Shown: positions 39,848-49,218 of the stretch, piece by piece
Layout: every line of letters starts with the position of its first letter
Position numbering within the stretch: position 1 is the first letter of the stretch
Origin: Dawidia cretensis
GTDB taxonomy: Bacteria; Bacteroidota; Bacteroidia; Cytophagales; Cyclobacteriaceae
Assembly (NCBI RefSeq): GCF_018598175.1
Contig: NZ_JAHESE010000025.1
Span: 1 to 64,000, forward strand
Length of the DNA stretch: 64,000 nt
Reading direction: 5' to 3'
Notes under the pieces: generated by a model
Databases searched by the model: none
What the model was told of the DNA's origin: nothing
The model's input: only the letters and a program-made list of their open reading frames with translations
Position numbers and translations under genes: made by a program

Positions 39848-40976
39848 ACATCCATTCTTTTAGCGTGGCCGTATAGGTGTCGTGGCCATGGACATTGGTC
39901 AGTCCGGGCAGCAGGTCGCCAAAGGCGTTGATCTCCAGGACGCGGGGCTGCCCAAAGCCTGCCGGGATCAGCACATCCACCCCCGCATAGAACGCCCCGT
40001 TCAGGCTGCGTACGGCTGCCTCCGCGCAATGCATCGCCTGATCATAGCATTGGCTCCCCAGGCGCTCGCGCAAATTAGATACCGGGCCACGTTGATTCCC
40101 CAGGTGCAGGTTAGTGATCGGACCGGCGCTAAGCCTCGGCAAGGTAAACTGCGCCCGGCCATTGATGACCACCACGCGCAAGTCAAAAATCTTGCCCTGC
40201 AAGGAAGCTTTAGGAATCCATTCCTCCACCACCGCGCCCTCGCGCAGGATAAAATCGACCAGTATTCGAATATCGGTACGATCGGTATAGCGACGTACTT
40301 TCAAAGAATTGTACAATTTCACTTCTCCCGCTACCCGCTCCAGGGCGATTGGCGCAAAGATTTCCTCCCGATGCCCTTGTGCGCGGTAGGCGAGTACACC
40401 CGAAGCAGAAGAGGCATGCGATGGCTTGATAAACAGACGCCGTCCCCGCTCCTCCTGTATCTGCTCCCGCAGGGCATGATAACTGACCAGTTCCGGCAAC
40501 AAACGTGGAATTGGAATCTGCCGATCCTGCAGGTGGCGTTGACAACATCGCTTATCAAACATCAGGCGTATAGCGTCAGGGGTATTCAGCATGCTACAAC
40601 CACTGGTCACGGCAGACTGCTGTATTTGCCTTAACACATGGCCAAAACCCAGGAACCATTGTCTTAAAAAACGTATCCGGCCATGATCGGGACGGAGGTT
40701 GCGCGCATCCACTTCGGAAATGCGTCCGGCATTCCCTGTATGTACAATATCGGCACCGCGTGCGATAATCCGACGCTCTACTTCAAAATTCTCTCCCGGA
40801 GACTCGATGCGCAGCAAAGTATTCGGCCCCAGGGCGTCATCTAGTACATGTTCATTTTCCAGAATGGATGTATATGCAATACGTTGTGGCGCGGCAAGAC
40901 CAAGGCCACGAGCAGCATTGCAAAACAGGTCTGCTCGCCGGTTTTCAGGATTGCACACGACCACGATATTCATCAC
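39837..40976 (-). CDS. ATP-grasp-like protein, STM4014-like
   Basis: Central region (LFIKPSHASSASGVLAYR ... EEWI ... DLRVVVING) resembles ATP-grasp RimK/GshB-type folds. The family name is recalled from NCBI family naming. Confidence 0.5.
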   Translation of the reverse strand: MMNIVVVCNPENRRADLFCNAARGLGLAAPQRIAYTSILENEHVLDDALGPNTLLRIESPGENFEVERRIIARGADIVHTGNAGRISEVDARNLRPDHGRIRFLRQWFLGFGHVLRQIQQSAVTSGCSMLNTPDAIRLMFDKRCCQRHLQDRQIPIPRLLPELVSYHALREQIQEERGRRLFIKPSHASSASGVLAYRAQGHREEIFAPIALERVAGEVKLYNSLKVRRYTDRTDIRILVDFILREGAVVEEWIPKASLQGKIFDLRVVVINGRAQFTLPRLSAGPITNLHLGNQRGPVSNLRERLGSQCYDQAMHCAEAAVRSLNGAFYAGVDVLIPAGFGQPRVLEINAFGDLLPGLTNVHGHDTYTATLKEWMYAA

Positions 40977-40984
40977 AGCAGGTA

Positions 40985-41911
40985 TTACTCGGCTACTTGT
41001 ATATAACGATGGCCTTCATCATCCTGCTGGCGATCCTTCAGATTGACCGCAATCCCAAGTTTCTCCAGCTGGTTGCAAACTTCTTCTGAAATAAAATGAT
41101 AATGAAGATCGAGCAATTTCAGTTTGCCGATGGCAGGGCTTTGCAGCAGCGCTTTGGCACCATCGTCCCCCAGCGTACCCATCGATAAATCGAGCACGTC
41201 CAATTGATTGACGATCGGCGCCGTACTGAGCGCCCTGGCAAGGTCATCTGCGATCACGCTGTCGCGCAGCCCGAGGTAGCGCAGCCTGGTGAAATTAGCG
41301 CCCTGGAATACGGAATCAAAATCGGCTGCCGTGGAACCAAAACCATATTCATCAGAACCGAGCCATAGCTCCAGGTGCTCCAGATTAGGCAGATGGGCGC
41401 TCACCACTTCCGTGACAACGCCGGGCGGTAGGCCACCCGTTTCAATAATCAGATGTCGTAAGCCTGTATGTTGTAGCGATTTTCCCAGACTCAGCTCATT
41501 GCCGCCGCGTACGCGGAAATACTCCAGGGCAGGATAAGCCTTCAACACTGCGCTAAGGTCGCACTGGTTGATCCAGGAGATCTCATATTCTTCATACGTA
41601 ATATCGCCAATAAACAAGGACTTCAATTTGGGAAGCTTCGGCGCCGCGTCGACAAGCGCCTGGGCGATCGCCGACGTATCCCCACCTTCAAAATCGAATG
41701 CACCAATGATGAGCTCTTCCACCTGGCCAGCGTTGGCATCCTGGATGAAGTCACCAATCATGTCGGGGATGTTTTTTCCGTCTTCGAAGCCGTCATAATC
41801 TAACCGCAGGCGGTATACGGTAGATTCCAGGTTGCTAATGCCGGTCTGGGCATCGAAATCCTTCACGGACTTGCCGTTCAGGGTGGTAAGGTTATCAGAA
41901 ATCATAGACAA
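40985..41911 (-). CDS. Leucine-rich-repeat protein, STM4015-like; first gene of the cassette
   Basis: Repeated LxxLxLxxN/D segments: LKSLFIGD, LEHLELWLG, LRYLGLRDS, LDVLDLSMG, LKLLDLHYH. Confidence 0.55.
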   Translation of the reverse strand: MSMISDNLTTLNGKSVKDFDAQTGISNLESTVYRLRLDYDGFEDGKNIPDMIGDFIQDANAGQVEELIIGAFDFEGGDTSAIAQALVDAAPKLPKLKSLFIGDITYEEYEISWINQCDLSAVLKAYPALEYFRVRGGNELSLGKSLQHTGLRHLIIETGGLPPGVVTEVVSAHLPNLEHLELWLGSDEYGFGSTAADFDSVFQGANFTRLRYLGLRDSVIADDLARALSTAPIVNQLDVLDLSMGTLGDDGAKALLQSPAIGKLKLLDLHYHFISEEVCNQLEKLGIAVNLKDRQQDDEGHRYIQVAE

Positions 41912-42037
41912 AATTAAGTAGCTCGTAATATACTAAAATCCAAACTTCTTTTGCTTCAACCGATTTTTTCAAAACGTTCCGGCACACCGTTGTGAACCCT
42001 GCCGGTCACCAGGCATTTGAAGGCTCTGTCGTACTTT

Positions 42038-42413
42038 CTAGGCGGGCTCAAACAATTCAATCTTGTTCCCCTCTATATCCAGAATGTGAACAAACTTCCC
42101 ATAGTCATACGTTTCTACCGTATCCAGGATCATCACACCTTCTTTTTTTAATTCTTCTACGAGTGCTTCCAGGTTCTCAACCCGGTAATTAATCATAAAA
42201 TCTCCGGACGAGGGCTCAAAGTATTTGGTCTTGTCTGAAAAAGGGCTCCATAGCGTATATCCTTCCTTTGTAGAATCCGCCTCCTCCCGCCAATCAAACT
42301 TCGTTCCGTATTGTTCAGCACCAAAACCGAGATGAGTTTGATACCATTGTTTCATTTTCTCCGGATCTTTACATTTGAAGAAAAATGCCCCCGATGCCTG
42401 TTACTCGTTTCAT
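42038..42413 (-). pseudogene. VOC (glyoxalase/bleomycin-resistance) family gene disrupted by a frameshift in an A5 homopolymer at 42381-42385
   Basis: Upstream frame encodes MKRVTGIGGIFF, a typical VOC N-terminus. It is followed by a stop, and the annotated 105-aa ORF continues in another frame with KDPEKMKQWY. Removing one A restores a single ~125-aa VOC protein. Confidence 0.6.
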
Positions 42414-42598
42414 TTTTTAATTGTTCTTTAGTGTTGTTAGCCAAAATTGAATTGAATGCGAAACCAAAACCGAAATGATGTCGCCAAACAAATTCACTGC
42501 ATTTCGATCCGGTCTTACCATTGATTCCTTAAATTTAAACGTTCTAAAACAATATCCAACGGAACCTAAACATCCCCAAACGAACAAATCCAAACAGA

Positions 42599-43525
42599 TT
42601 GAAACCTCCCATGAACACCAGGCTTCAACGATTCGCCCAGCTGGTTTTTTACGGTAATTATTTTTACGGAGTTTGTGCCGTCTCCTTAATTCTGGAAACT
42701 TCAGCACTCCTAAAAATTCCGTTTCAAGGATCCCTGTTCTATGCGATCGCGTTTGTCGCCACCGTGCTTTTTTATAATTATCCATACGCCCGGAATTACT
42801 CCTCCCCCAGCACAAATCCTCGAACAGCATGGTATATCGCCAATCATAGTCTGATCGTTAAAACACAAATAGCACTGACTCTGCTTTTGATTATCCTTAT
42901 TGCCTCGGTGCTGATCAATTACTTCCACGAATTTGAGAACATGAGTAATCTGCAATGGCTTCTATTTCTCATTTTTCCCATGATCGGAGCAATGTATTAT
43001 GGTGCCAACTTCTTTTCCGCCCGGTATAATCTTCGAAGCATCGGTTGGCTCAAACCTTTTCTGATCGGGTTTGTGTGGGCGGGGGTAACAACAATCTACC
43101 CGTTCGAATACCACGATGTACTAAATTCCACGCACCATCCGGTAACAATTTTAGAAATATTGTTATTCCTGAAGAATCTCATGTTTATATCGATGGTTGC
43201 CATCTTGTTCGACATTAAAGACTACGCATCCGATAGCAGCAGCCATTTGAACACAATGGTGGTAAAAATCGGGTTACGAAAAACAATCCTCTTCGTTGTG
43301 TTTCCATTAACGATCCTGGGCGTGCTTACCTTTCTATCCTATGCCCTTGTTCATCAGTTCAGCCTCCTCAAAATGATCCTGATTATGATCCCGTTTTTCC
43401 TGTTGATCATCGTGGCACGATCGTTAAAACGAAGAAGGTCGCTGATGTATTACCTCGTGGCGATTGATGGCCTTTTGGTTGTAAAAGCCGCTTTTGGAAT
43501 TCTTGCCGCGATGGTTACTTCATAA
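42599..43525 (+). CDS. Polytopic membrane protein, possibly a UbiA-like prenyltransferase
   Basis: About 8 TM helices and an aspartate-rich FDIKDYASD loop that loosely resembles UbiA NDxxDxxxD. Confidence 0.4.
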   Translation: MKPPMNTRLQRFAQLVFYGNYFYGVCAVSLILETSALLKIPFQGSLFYAIAFVATVLFYNYPYARNYSSPSTNPRTAWYIANHSLIVKTQIALTLLLIILIASVLINYFHEFENMSNLQWLLFLIFPMIGAMYYGANFFSARYNLRSIGWLKPFLIGFVWAGVTTIYPFEYHDVLNSTHHPVTILEILLFLKNLMFISMVAILFDIKDYASDSSSHLNTMVVKIGLRKTILFVVFPLTILGVLTFLSYALVHQFSLLKMILIMIPFFLLIIVARSLKRRRSLMYYLVAIDGLLVVKAAFGILAAMVTS

Positions 43526-43575
43526 TAATATTAAATATCGGCCAGGGTGGCTTTTATAAATCCCCGATCTCCCGA

Positions 43576-43705
43576 TCAGCTCGCCTGTATGAACCCAAAC
43601 TGCGTATAGAATGACGCGAGGTAATCACCCGCAAGAAGACCGACAATGGCCTTCGGATGAGCATTTGCTTTCAGCCAGTCAATAAGTCCTTGCACCACGG
43701 CCGTA
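43576..43705 (-). pseudogene. C-terminal remnant (~40 codons) of a GNAT acetyltransferase gene
   Basis: Minus-strand frame reads ...VVQGLIDWLKANAHPKAIVGLLAGDYLASFYTQFGFIQAS*, a typical GNAT C-terminus. There is no in-frame ATG, an in-frame stop lies just upstream, and a 35-bp AT-rich stretch follows. Confidence 0.35.
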
Positions 43706-43820
43706 TTATTATACACTATAAATATACTATAATAACAACACCGTCAGTCGCTTCCGGTGATCCCGGGCCAGGAGTCAGCGTGAGCATGAGAGCAAGAGCG
43801 AGAAAAATGGCGCGTTCGCT

Positions 43821-43844
43821 CTCACACTCACACTCACACTCGCG
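43821..43844. repeat. Hexanucleotide microsatellite (CTCACA)x3 + CTCGCG, beside an AGAGCGA...TCGCTCT hairpin
   Basis: Read directly from the sequence. Confidence 0.5.
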
Positions 43845-44278
43845 CTGATTCAACGTCCCGCCTAAACACATCTCGCGAGCTCAGAAAAACGACCGAATCG
43901 TCCCCAAGCCCCCCGGGAATCTCTCCTGGAAGTGAAATCTTTCCTGGTTCTTTCACATGTAAAGGGATAATCGCGTCTCGAAGCCAAAAATAGACGTAAC
44001 ACATTGTCAATCAGCATATATAAGACATTAAACGGAAAAATCGTCATCCTTGCGTTACTTCTACTCTAAATCGCCGCAAAATCCAAAACAACAAATTGAC
44101 AATCAATTCATTAACAGGAAAAATAAGCACGCTATTAGGGACTTCGCATGACTTGTTGCACTATAGTGTGTACCGTGTCAAACGACCTCAACGACCCTCC
44201 GAACAAAGCCAGAACAAGAACGGAAATGATCCTTTTTTTTTATTTTGTCTCCAAAACCATCGAGTAAGGACCCAAAGA

Positions 44279-46843
44279 ATGACAGAGCAAAGAGGCGAAG
44301 GAAGTTTCTTTCGGAATTTTAAAGCTATGCTTTCACTGATAAAATCATACTGCTATATATTTCTGGTATTTGGTTTTATGCCACTGCAAGCCACCTCGCT
44401 GGGCGGCTTAAAGTTTCATGGCAGTGAACAATCGATCGATCAGCGCACGTCCTACAATGTATTTGGCGATAAGGCGGTCGAATTTTCAGACAACATGATC
44501 ATTGAATTTGATCTGTCACTGTACACCACCACCCGCATCGGATACATCATCCGGATCAAAAACAATGAAAGCAACCGAATCTATAACCTGTTCTACGACG
44601 CGCAGGGCGACAACCTCGTCTTCAAATTCAATGAAGAAGGCAAATATAGCCTGATCGTTGCCACCCTCAACGAAGAAGAATTGCTAAACCTCCCCTGGTT
44701 TAAAATGAAAATCGCATTCGACCTCAAAAGCGATTCCATCTACCTGACGATCCATAACCAAACGTTCAGCGCCGCCAACGAGCTGCCCGATACCTATCAT
44801 CCTACGATTCTCTTCGGCAAAAGCGATCACATTATTGATGTGCCGTCCTTTGCCATTAAAGACCTTTCCGTCGGCGATAAAGAACGGTACTTCTTTCCAC
44901 TAAAAGAAAGCAAAGGCGACGTGGTGCACGACGCCAATGGCAAAGTCTTTGGCCAGGTCTCTAACCCGGAATGGTTGATGAACGATGCCTACCACTGGCG
45001 CTATAAAACCGGCTTTAAATCAAAATCAGTCGCGGGCGCCAACTATAATCCGGAAGAGAAAGAAATATACTACTTCAACCGCGACTCCCTGTGGCTCTAC
45101 AACGTGCGCTCCGGAGAAACGAACATACAGGTCTTTGGAGAAAAATGCCCGGTGGAGCTGGTCCTGGGAACCAACTTTATCGACACGAAGAAAAACAGGC
45201 TATATTCCTACGAAACCTACTATGCGCCTCCCCGCGACAATTACACCGGCCCCACGGTAGCCAGCCTCGACCTGACTACCTACCAATGGACTGCCGAAGA
45301 TTCCGGCCAGCTCATTAGCCCACTCCACCATCACGGCGCGTACTTCGACTCTACTACCGCGCAATACACCATCTTCGGAGGCTTTGGCAAGATGCATTAC
45401 AGCAATACATTCTTTGCCTACGATCTGAACAAACAGGCGTGGGACACCCTGGACGCCTTTTCGGGAGACTTTTTATCGCCGCGTTATTTTTCCTCTGTCG
45501 GATACCTCAAAAAGAACAACTCCATTTACGTCTTTGGCGGCATGGGCAACGACTCCGGCGAACAGACTGTCGGAAGAAAATATTATTACGACCTCTATAA
45601 AATAGACCTGACCACCCGCCGCGTCTCCAGGCTTTGGGAGATTCCCTGGGAACAGGATAATGTCGTGCCGGTACGAGGCATGGTTGTACTCGACGACTCC
45701 TCCTTTTATACCCTCTGCTATCCTGAACATTTTTCTGAATCGTTCCTCAGGCTCTATCAATTCTCATTAAAAGACGGAAGCTATAAAATACTGGGCGACT
45801 CTATCCCGATATATTCTGACAAGATCACAACAAACGCCAACCTTTATTACGATGGCAGCCTGAACAACCTGTATGCGGTCGTCCAGGAATTTGACGACGA
45901 TATCTCTTCCGACCTGAAGATATATTCCCTGGCGTTCCCTCCTATTACGGCCGACGAGCTGGCCAGCTATTCACGCGAAAAAAATAATTACGCAGTCATT
46001 CTTGCGCTTGTGTCATTATTAGCCGTTGGCGGCGCCTATGTTCTCTTCAAAAAGCAGCAATCCAGGCTCAGCAATACGGAGGATGAAACCCAAAATCTAT
46101 ACATTGATACGGACAAGCCCGAACCGGTAACGACGCAGCCGAACGCTATTTATCTCTTTGGAGAATTCACCGTACGCGACCGAAACAATCGTGACATCAC
46201 CTATATGTTCAGCGCGCAACTGAAGCAGATCTTCTGTCTTATACTACAGTACACTATAACTGAAGACGGCATCGCGTCACAGCGACTCAGCAACATACTC
46301 TGGCCTGACAAGCCGGCGGATAAAGTAAAGAACTCCCGCGGCGTTTCCATCAATCACTTACGCAAAGCGCTAAGCGAATTGGATGGAATAGAGCTCCTCT
46401 ATGACAAAGGCTTTTTCAAAATAGAGCAAACCGGAAGCTTCTACTGCGACTACACGCGATGCATCGAAATCATCTCCGCCAACGAAGTGGACACACGCCG
46501 TGACGAGCTGATTGAAATCATTTCCCGTGGCAAGTTCCTGCAACTTTCCGATCACGCCTTATATGATTCCTTTAAAGAAGAAGTAGAAAAGAAACTGGAA
46601 CCGGTACTATCACTGGAAATGGAAAAGAGCTTCGACGCCGAGCTTTATCTCACAACGATCGCTTTTGCCGAGGCCATCACCAATATCGATCCGTTAAATG
46701 ACGCCGCGCTGACTTTCCAGATCAAAGCGATGCAACGATTAAAAATGAACGATGAAGCGCGAATCCGGTACCAGGCTTTTGTGATCGACTATAAAAAGGC
46801 GATGGGGAATGATTATCCCCACCCCTTTAAAAGCCTAACGTAA
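44279..46843 (+). CDS. One-component transmembrane transcriptional regulator: extracytoplasmic LamG-like + Kelch/beta-propeller sensor, single TM helix, cytoplasmic OmpR/SARP-type winged-helix DNA-binding domain
   Basis: Signal-like MLSLIKSYCYIFLVFGFMPLQA; LamG-like block; repeated Kelch-like Y..GG...W blades; TM helix AVILALVSLLAVGGAYVLF. C-terminal IYLFGEFTVRDRNNRDI...LKQIFCLILQY...LWPD matches trans_reg_C-type winged helices. A Bacteroidota -7 box TATTTTG at 44241 supports the 44279 start; the ORF track begins at 44096. Confidence 0.6.
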   Translation: MTEQRGEGSFFRNFKAMLSLIKSYCYIFLVFGFMPLQATSLGGLKFHGSEQSIDQRTSYNVFGDKAVEFSDNMIIEFDLSLYTTTRIGYIIRIKNNESNRIYNLFYDAQGDNLVFKFNEEGKYSLIVATLNEEELLNLPWFKMKIAFDLKSDSIYLTIHNQTFSAANELPDTYHPTILFGKSDHIIDVPSFAIKDLSVGDKERYFFPLKESKGDVVHDANGKVFGQVSNPEWLMNDAYHWRYKTGFKSKSVAGANYNPEEKEIYYFNRDSLWLYNVRSGETNIQVFGEKCPVELVLGTNFIDTKKNRLYSYETYYAPPRDNYTGPTVASLDLTTYQWTAEDSGQLISPLHHHGAYFDSTTAQYTIFGGFGKMHYSNTFFAYDLNKQAWDTLDAFSGDFLSPRYFSSVGYLKKNNSIYVFGGMGNDSGEQTVGRKYYYDLYKIDLTTRRVSRLWEIPWEQDNVVPVRGMVVLDDSSFYTLCYPEHFSESFLRLYQFSLKDGSYKILGDSIPIYSDKITTNANLYYDGSLNNLYAVVQEFDDDISSDLKIYSLAFPPITADELASYSREKNNYAVILALVSLLAVGGAYVLFKKQQSRLSNTEDETQNLYIDTDKPEPVTTQPNAIYLFGEFTVRDRNNRDITYMFSAQLKQIFCLILQYTITEDGIASQRLSNILWPDKPADKVKNSRGVSINHLRKALSELDGIELLYDKGFFKIEQTGSFYCDYTRCIEIISANEVDTRRDELIEIISRGKFLQLSDHALYDSFKEEVEKKLEPVLSLEMEKSFDAELYLTTIAFAEAITNIDPLNDAALTFQIKAMQRLKMNDEARIRYQAFVIDYKKAMGNDYPHPFKSLT

Positions 46844-46903
46844 ACTTACCCAAGCAAAACGCTAAACTTAACAACTTACCTAACCTAAACTTCTTATCTA
46901 AAA

Positions 46904-49108
46904 TCACCAACTCAGCTTCACGTGAACGCCGTCGGGATTGTTTTCAAAACTCAGGAAACAGGTCTTACTCGCAGCATCCCAGGATGTCTTTGATTCAACC
47001 AATTTTCCAGCGGCATCCGTTACCTTTATTTCCTTTGCCTTCGCCGGTAAAAGCACCCGCATCACATTGGTTGTGTTCAACGGGCTCATGGCAACAAAAG
47101 TATAGGAGCTCCTGGTAATCTTTTCGTCGTAAACACGTGCGGCTGCGGCCAGTACCTGCGGTGTCTTCGGATTCTTGATACTGCCTATATTAAACAAAAG
47201 TGCCTGCTCACCCGGGTTCACCTGCTTTTGATCTAAAACAGGGATTTCCGGATCGAACAGATCGATCAGCTTGCCTTTCAGGGTATACGGAGATTGATCG
47301 GCATTTTCATCTACCACGGAAATAATTTCGTAAGGCCCGCGCGTCAGGGCGAAGTGGTTTTTATACTTCAGCACGCCACCACCCGCTTGTGTTTCGTATA
47401 GCTTCTTAACCGTATTGACAAACGCGTCATCGCTGTTTGCCTTCAAAACAAACTCTTTCGGGTCGTTGCGCAGAATAACAACCTTTCCCTTTCCGTAGGT
47501 ATATTCTCCCGCCGGGAAAGGCTCTTTCAAACCGAGTGTTTTAAATAAATGCTCGGACGGCGCTTTGAAGGTATTCCCATCCGTATTCCACCACTCTTGT
47601 ACACGTTGAAAAGGATCCTCATCTCTGCCACTGTATAGCAAGACCCCACCATTCTTCACCCACTCGGCAATATGACCATGCGCATTCTTGTCCATGGGCT
47701 TCATATTGGAGTAAGACATGATCAGGATCTTGACGTCCTTCCAGGTTTGAGGGAACGACACATTCTCGATGTGTACCGTTTTAACCGGAACACCCCGCTT
47801 CAATAACGGAAGCGCCTGTCCATAAAAATTGGCCAGCTGTGGATCTTCATAGCCACTGTGTGTGGGAAACCGCTGAAACATCAGCGAGTTGCTCATCAGA
47901 ATACCGATACCTTGCGAACCGTTCACCTTGTTCTGCGACAACGGCATGTTGTTCAGGGTATTGATCATAACCTGCATTTGCGTAGAATAGAAACGAGGGA
48001 TCTGCTCCTTTTTATCGCTGTTTGCGCTGGTGCGATAAAGGCCCTGGTATATCCGGTCCGGCCAGGGCATTACTTCATAATCGGCAATCATCGGGTACAG
48101 CAGCTGTGCCGTAAATGTGGCCTGGTAATTTTTCTTGTAGTCCGCCCAGTCGCGTGGCCAGTCTTCAATCGGATCCGTCAGGAAAAACATCTTTCTGCCG
48201 GTAGGCGCCGTCATAGATTCCATGGAGCCATACTCCAGGAATGCCGTTTCAAATACACGCTCTTTTTCACGACCATTAAAATAATTGGGCTCGCGCGACG
48301 TGCCCGTCCATACCTGTGCAATGTAGCCGTCCACGCAGGGCAACGATGCCAGGCTCGCTTCGGGACTCACGATCATCCACTGCGAATAATTTACCAGCGA
48401 ATGGGTCGGCACGTAACAGCGCACATTCATGCCTTTGGTTTTACCATACTCCTTGGCGTAGGTGAAACATTCGTTCAACGCCCGGTAGTACAGGTGATAT
48501 TTTAACTTGTTAGACAAGTAGGTGTTTTCCGGCGACTCGTGCTGTGGTCTCCAGTCAAACCCGTAATATTCTTTCCATTCTTTTTTGAACGCAGTGCTGT
48601 AGCCCGATCGGGCCCAGAACTCCGGCTCCTCCAGGAAGATCGCGTCGATCCCCGCATCGATCACGCGCTTGATTACCGCCTCCTTCATATACTTGATGAA
48701 GTTCAGCGACGGCACGATGTACGGCACCAGCCGACCGTGCCACAGGGTATCGCCCTTTTGAGTAACCTGGCCTTCATCGAGATGCCATTTGCCATCCCAC
48801 TTGCCGGTAAAATAATCCTGGTATTCACCCCAGGCTATGCCGGTCATAAAATGTGTCTTGTAACCTTTGTCGCGCCAGCTTTGTACGCGCTCCTCAAAGG
48901 TCATGCTGCCTTTACCATGATGCTCCTTCACGCTGTAAACAATCGCAACATCGGCCCGCACGTCGGTCACGGGCTTCCAGGGATTGGAAGTTTGAAATAC
49001 GGTCTTTTCGCCGGGCAGACTGGCAGGCCGCTGCTCCGGTTGCTGAGACTGAGAAAACGCTTGAACAGAAAACGTTACGAAAAGATAAAATAGAATCGAC
49101 TTACGCAT
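46904..49108 (-). CDS. Secreted putative glycoside hydrolase, last gene of the PUL
   Basis: Signal peptide MRKSILFYLFVTFSVQAFSQ. 734 aa, aromatic-rich. No firm GH family could be assigned from sequence. Confidence 0.45.
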   Translation of the reverse strand: MRKSILFYLFVTFSVQAFSQSQQPEQRPASLPGEKTVFQTSNPWKPVTDVRADVAIVYSVKEHHGKGSMTFEERVQSWRDKGYKTHFMTGIAWGEYQDYFTGKWDGKWHLDEGQVTQKGDTLWHGRLVPYIVPSLNFIKYMKEAVIKRVIDAGIDAIFLEEPEFWARSGYSTAFKKEWKEYYGFDWRPQHESPENTYLSNKLKYHLYYRALNECFTYAKEYGKTKGMNVRCYVPTHSLVNYSQWMIVSPEASLASLPCVDGYIAQVWTGTSREPNYFNGREKERVFETAFLEYGSMESMTAPTGRKMFFLTDPIEDWPRDWADYKKNYQATFTAQLLYPMIADYEVMPWPDRIYQGLYRTSANSDKKEQIPRFYSTQMQVMINTLNNMPLSQNKVNGSQGIGILMSNSLMFQRFPTHSGYEDPQLANFYGQALPLLKRGVPVKTVHIENVSFPQTWKDVKILIMSYSNMKPMDKNAHGHIAEWVKNGGVLLYSGRDEDPFQRVQEWWNTDGNTFKAPSEHLFKTLGLKEPFPAGEYTYGKGKVVILRNDPKEFVLKANSDDAFVNTVKKLYETQAGGGVLKYKNHFALTRGPYEIISVVDENADQSPYTLKGKLIDLFDPEIPVLDQKQVNPGEQALLFNIGSIKNPKTPQVLAAAARVYDEKITRSSYTFVAMSPLNTTNVMRVLLPAKAKEIKVTDAAGKLVESKTSWDAASKTCFLSFENNPDGVHVKLSW

Positions 49109-49218
49109 GGGACTATATACTCTTTGTTAAAGGAAAGAAGGTCATGACTGTCGGCAAGCCGTCTAAACAGCTTACTATACCATGACCTTCTTATTATCAT
49201 TCCAGAGAGGGTCGAATC

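Noticed and set aside
42417-42830. 137-aa minus-strand ORF between the VOC pseudogene and the membrane protein gene
   Set aside because: Overlaps the 5' end of the 308-aa membrane protein CDS on the opposite strand. Basic, low-complexity sequence with no motif. The region is better explained as the upstream part of the frameshifted VOC gene plus promoter DNA.
46844-46903. AACTTA-rich low-complexity stretch between the convergent regulator and PUL genes
   Set aside because: No hairpin, so it is not a convincing terminator, and it is too short and degenerate to call a repeat element.
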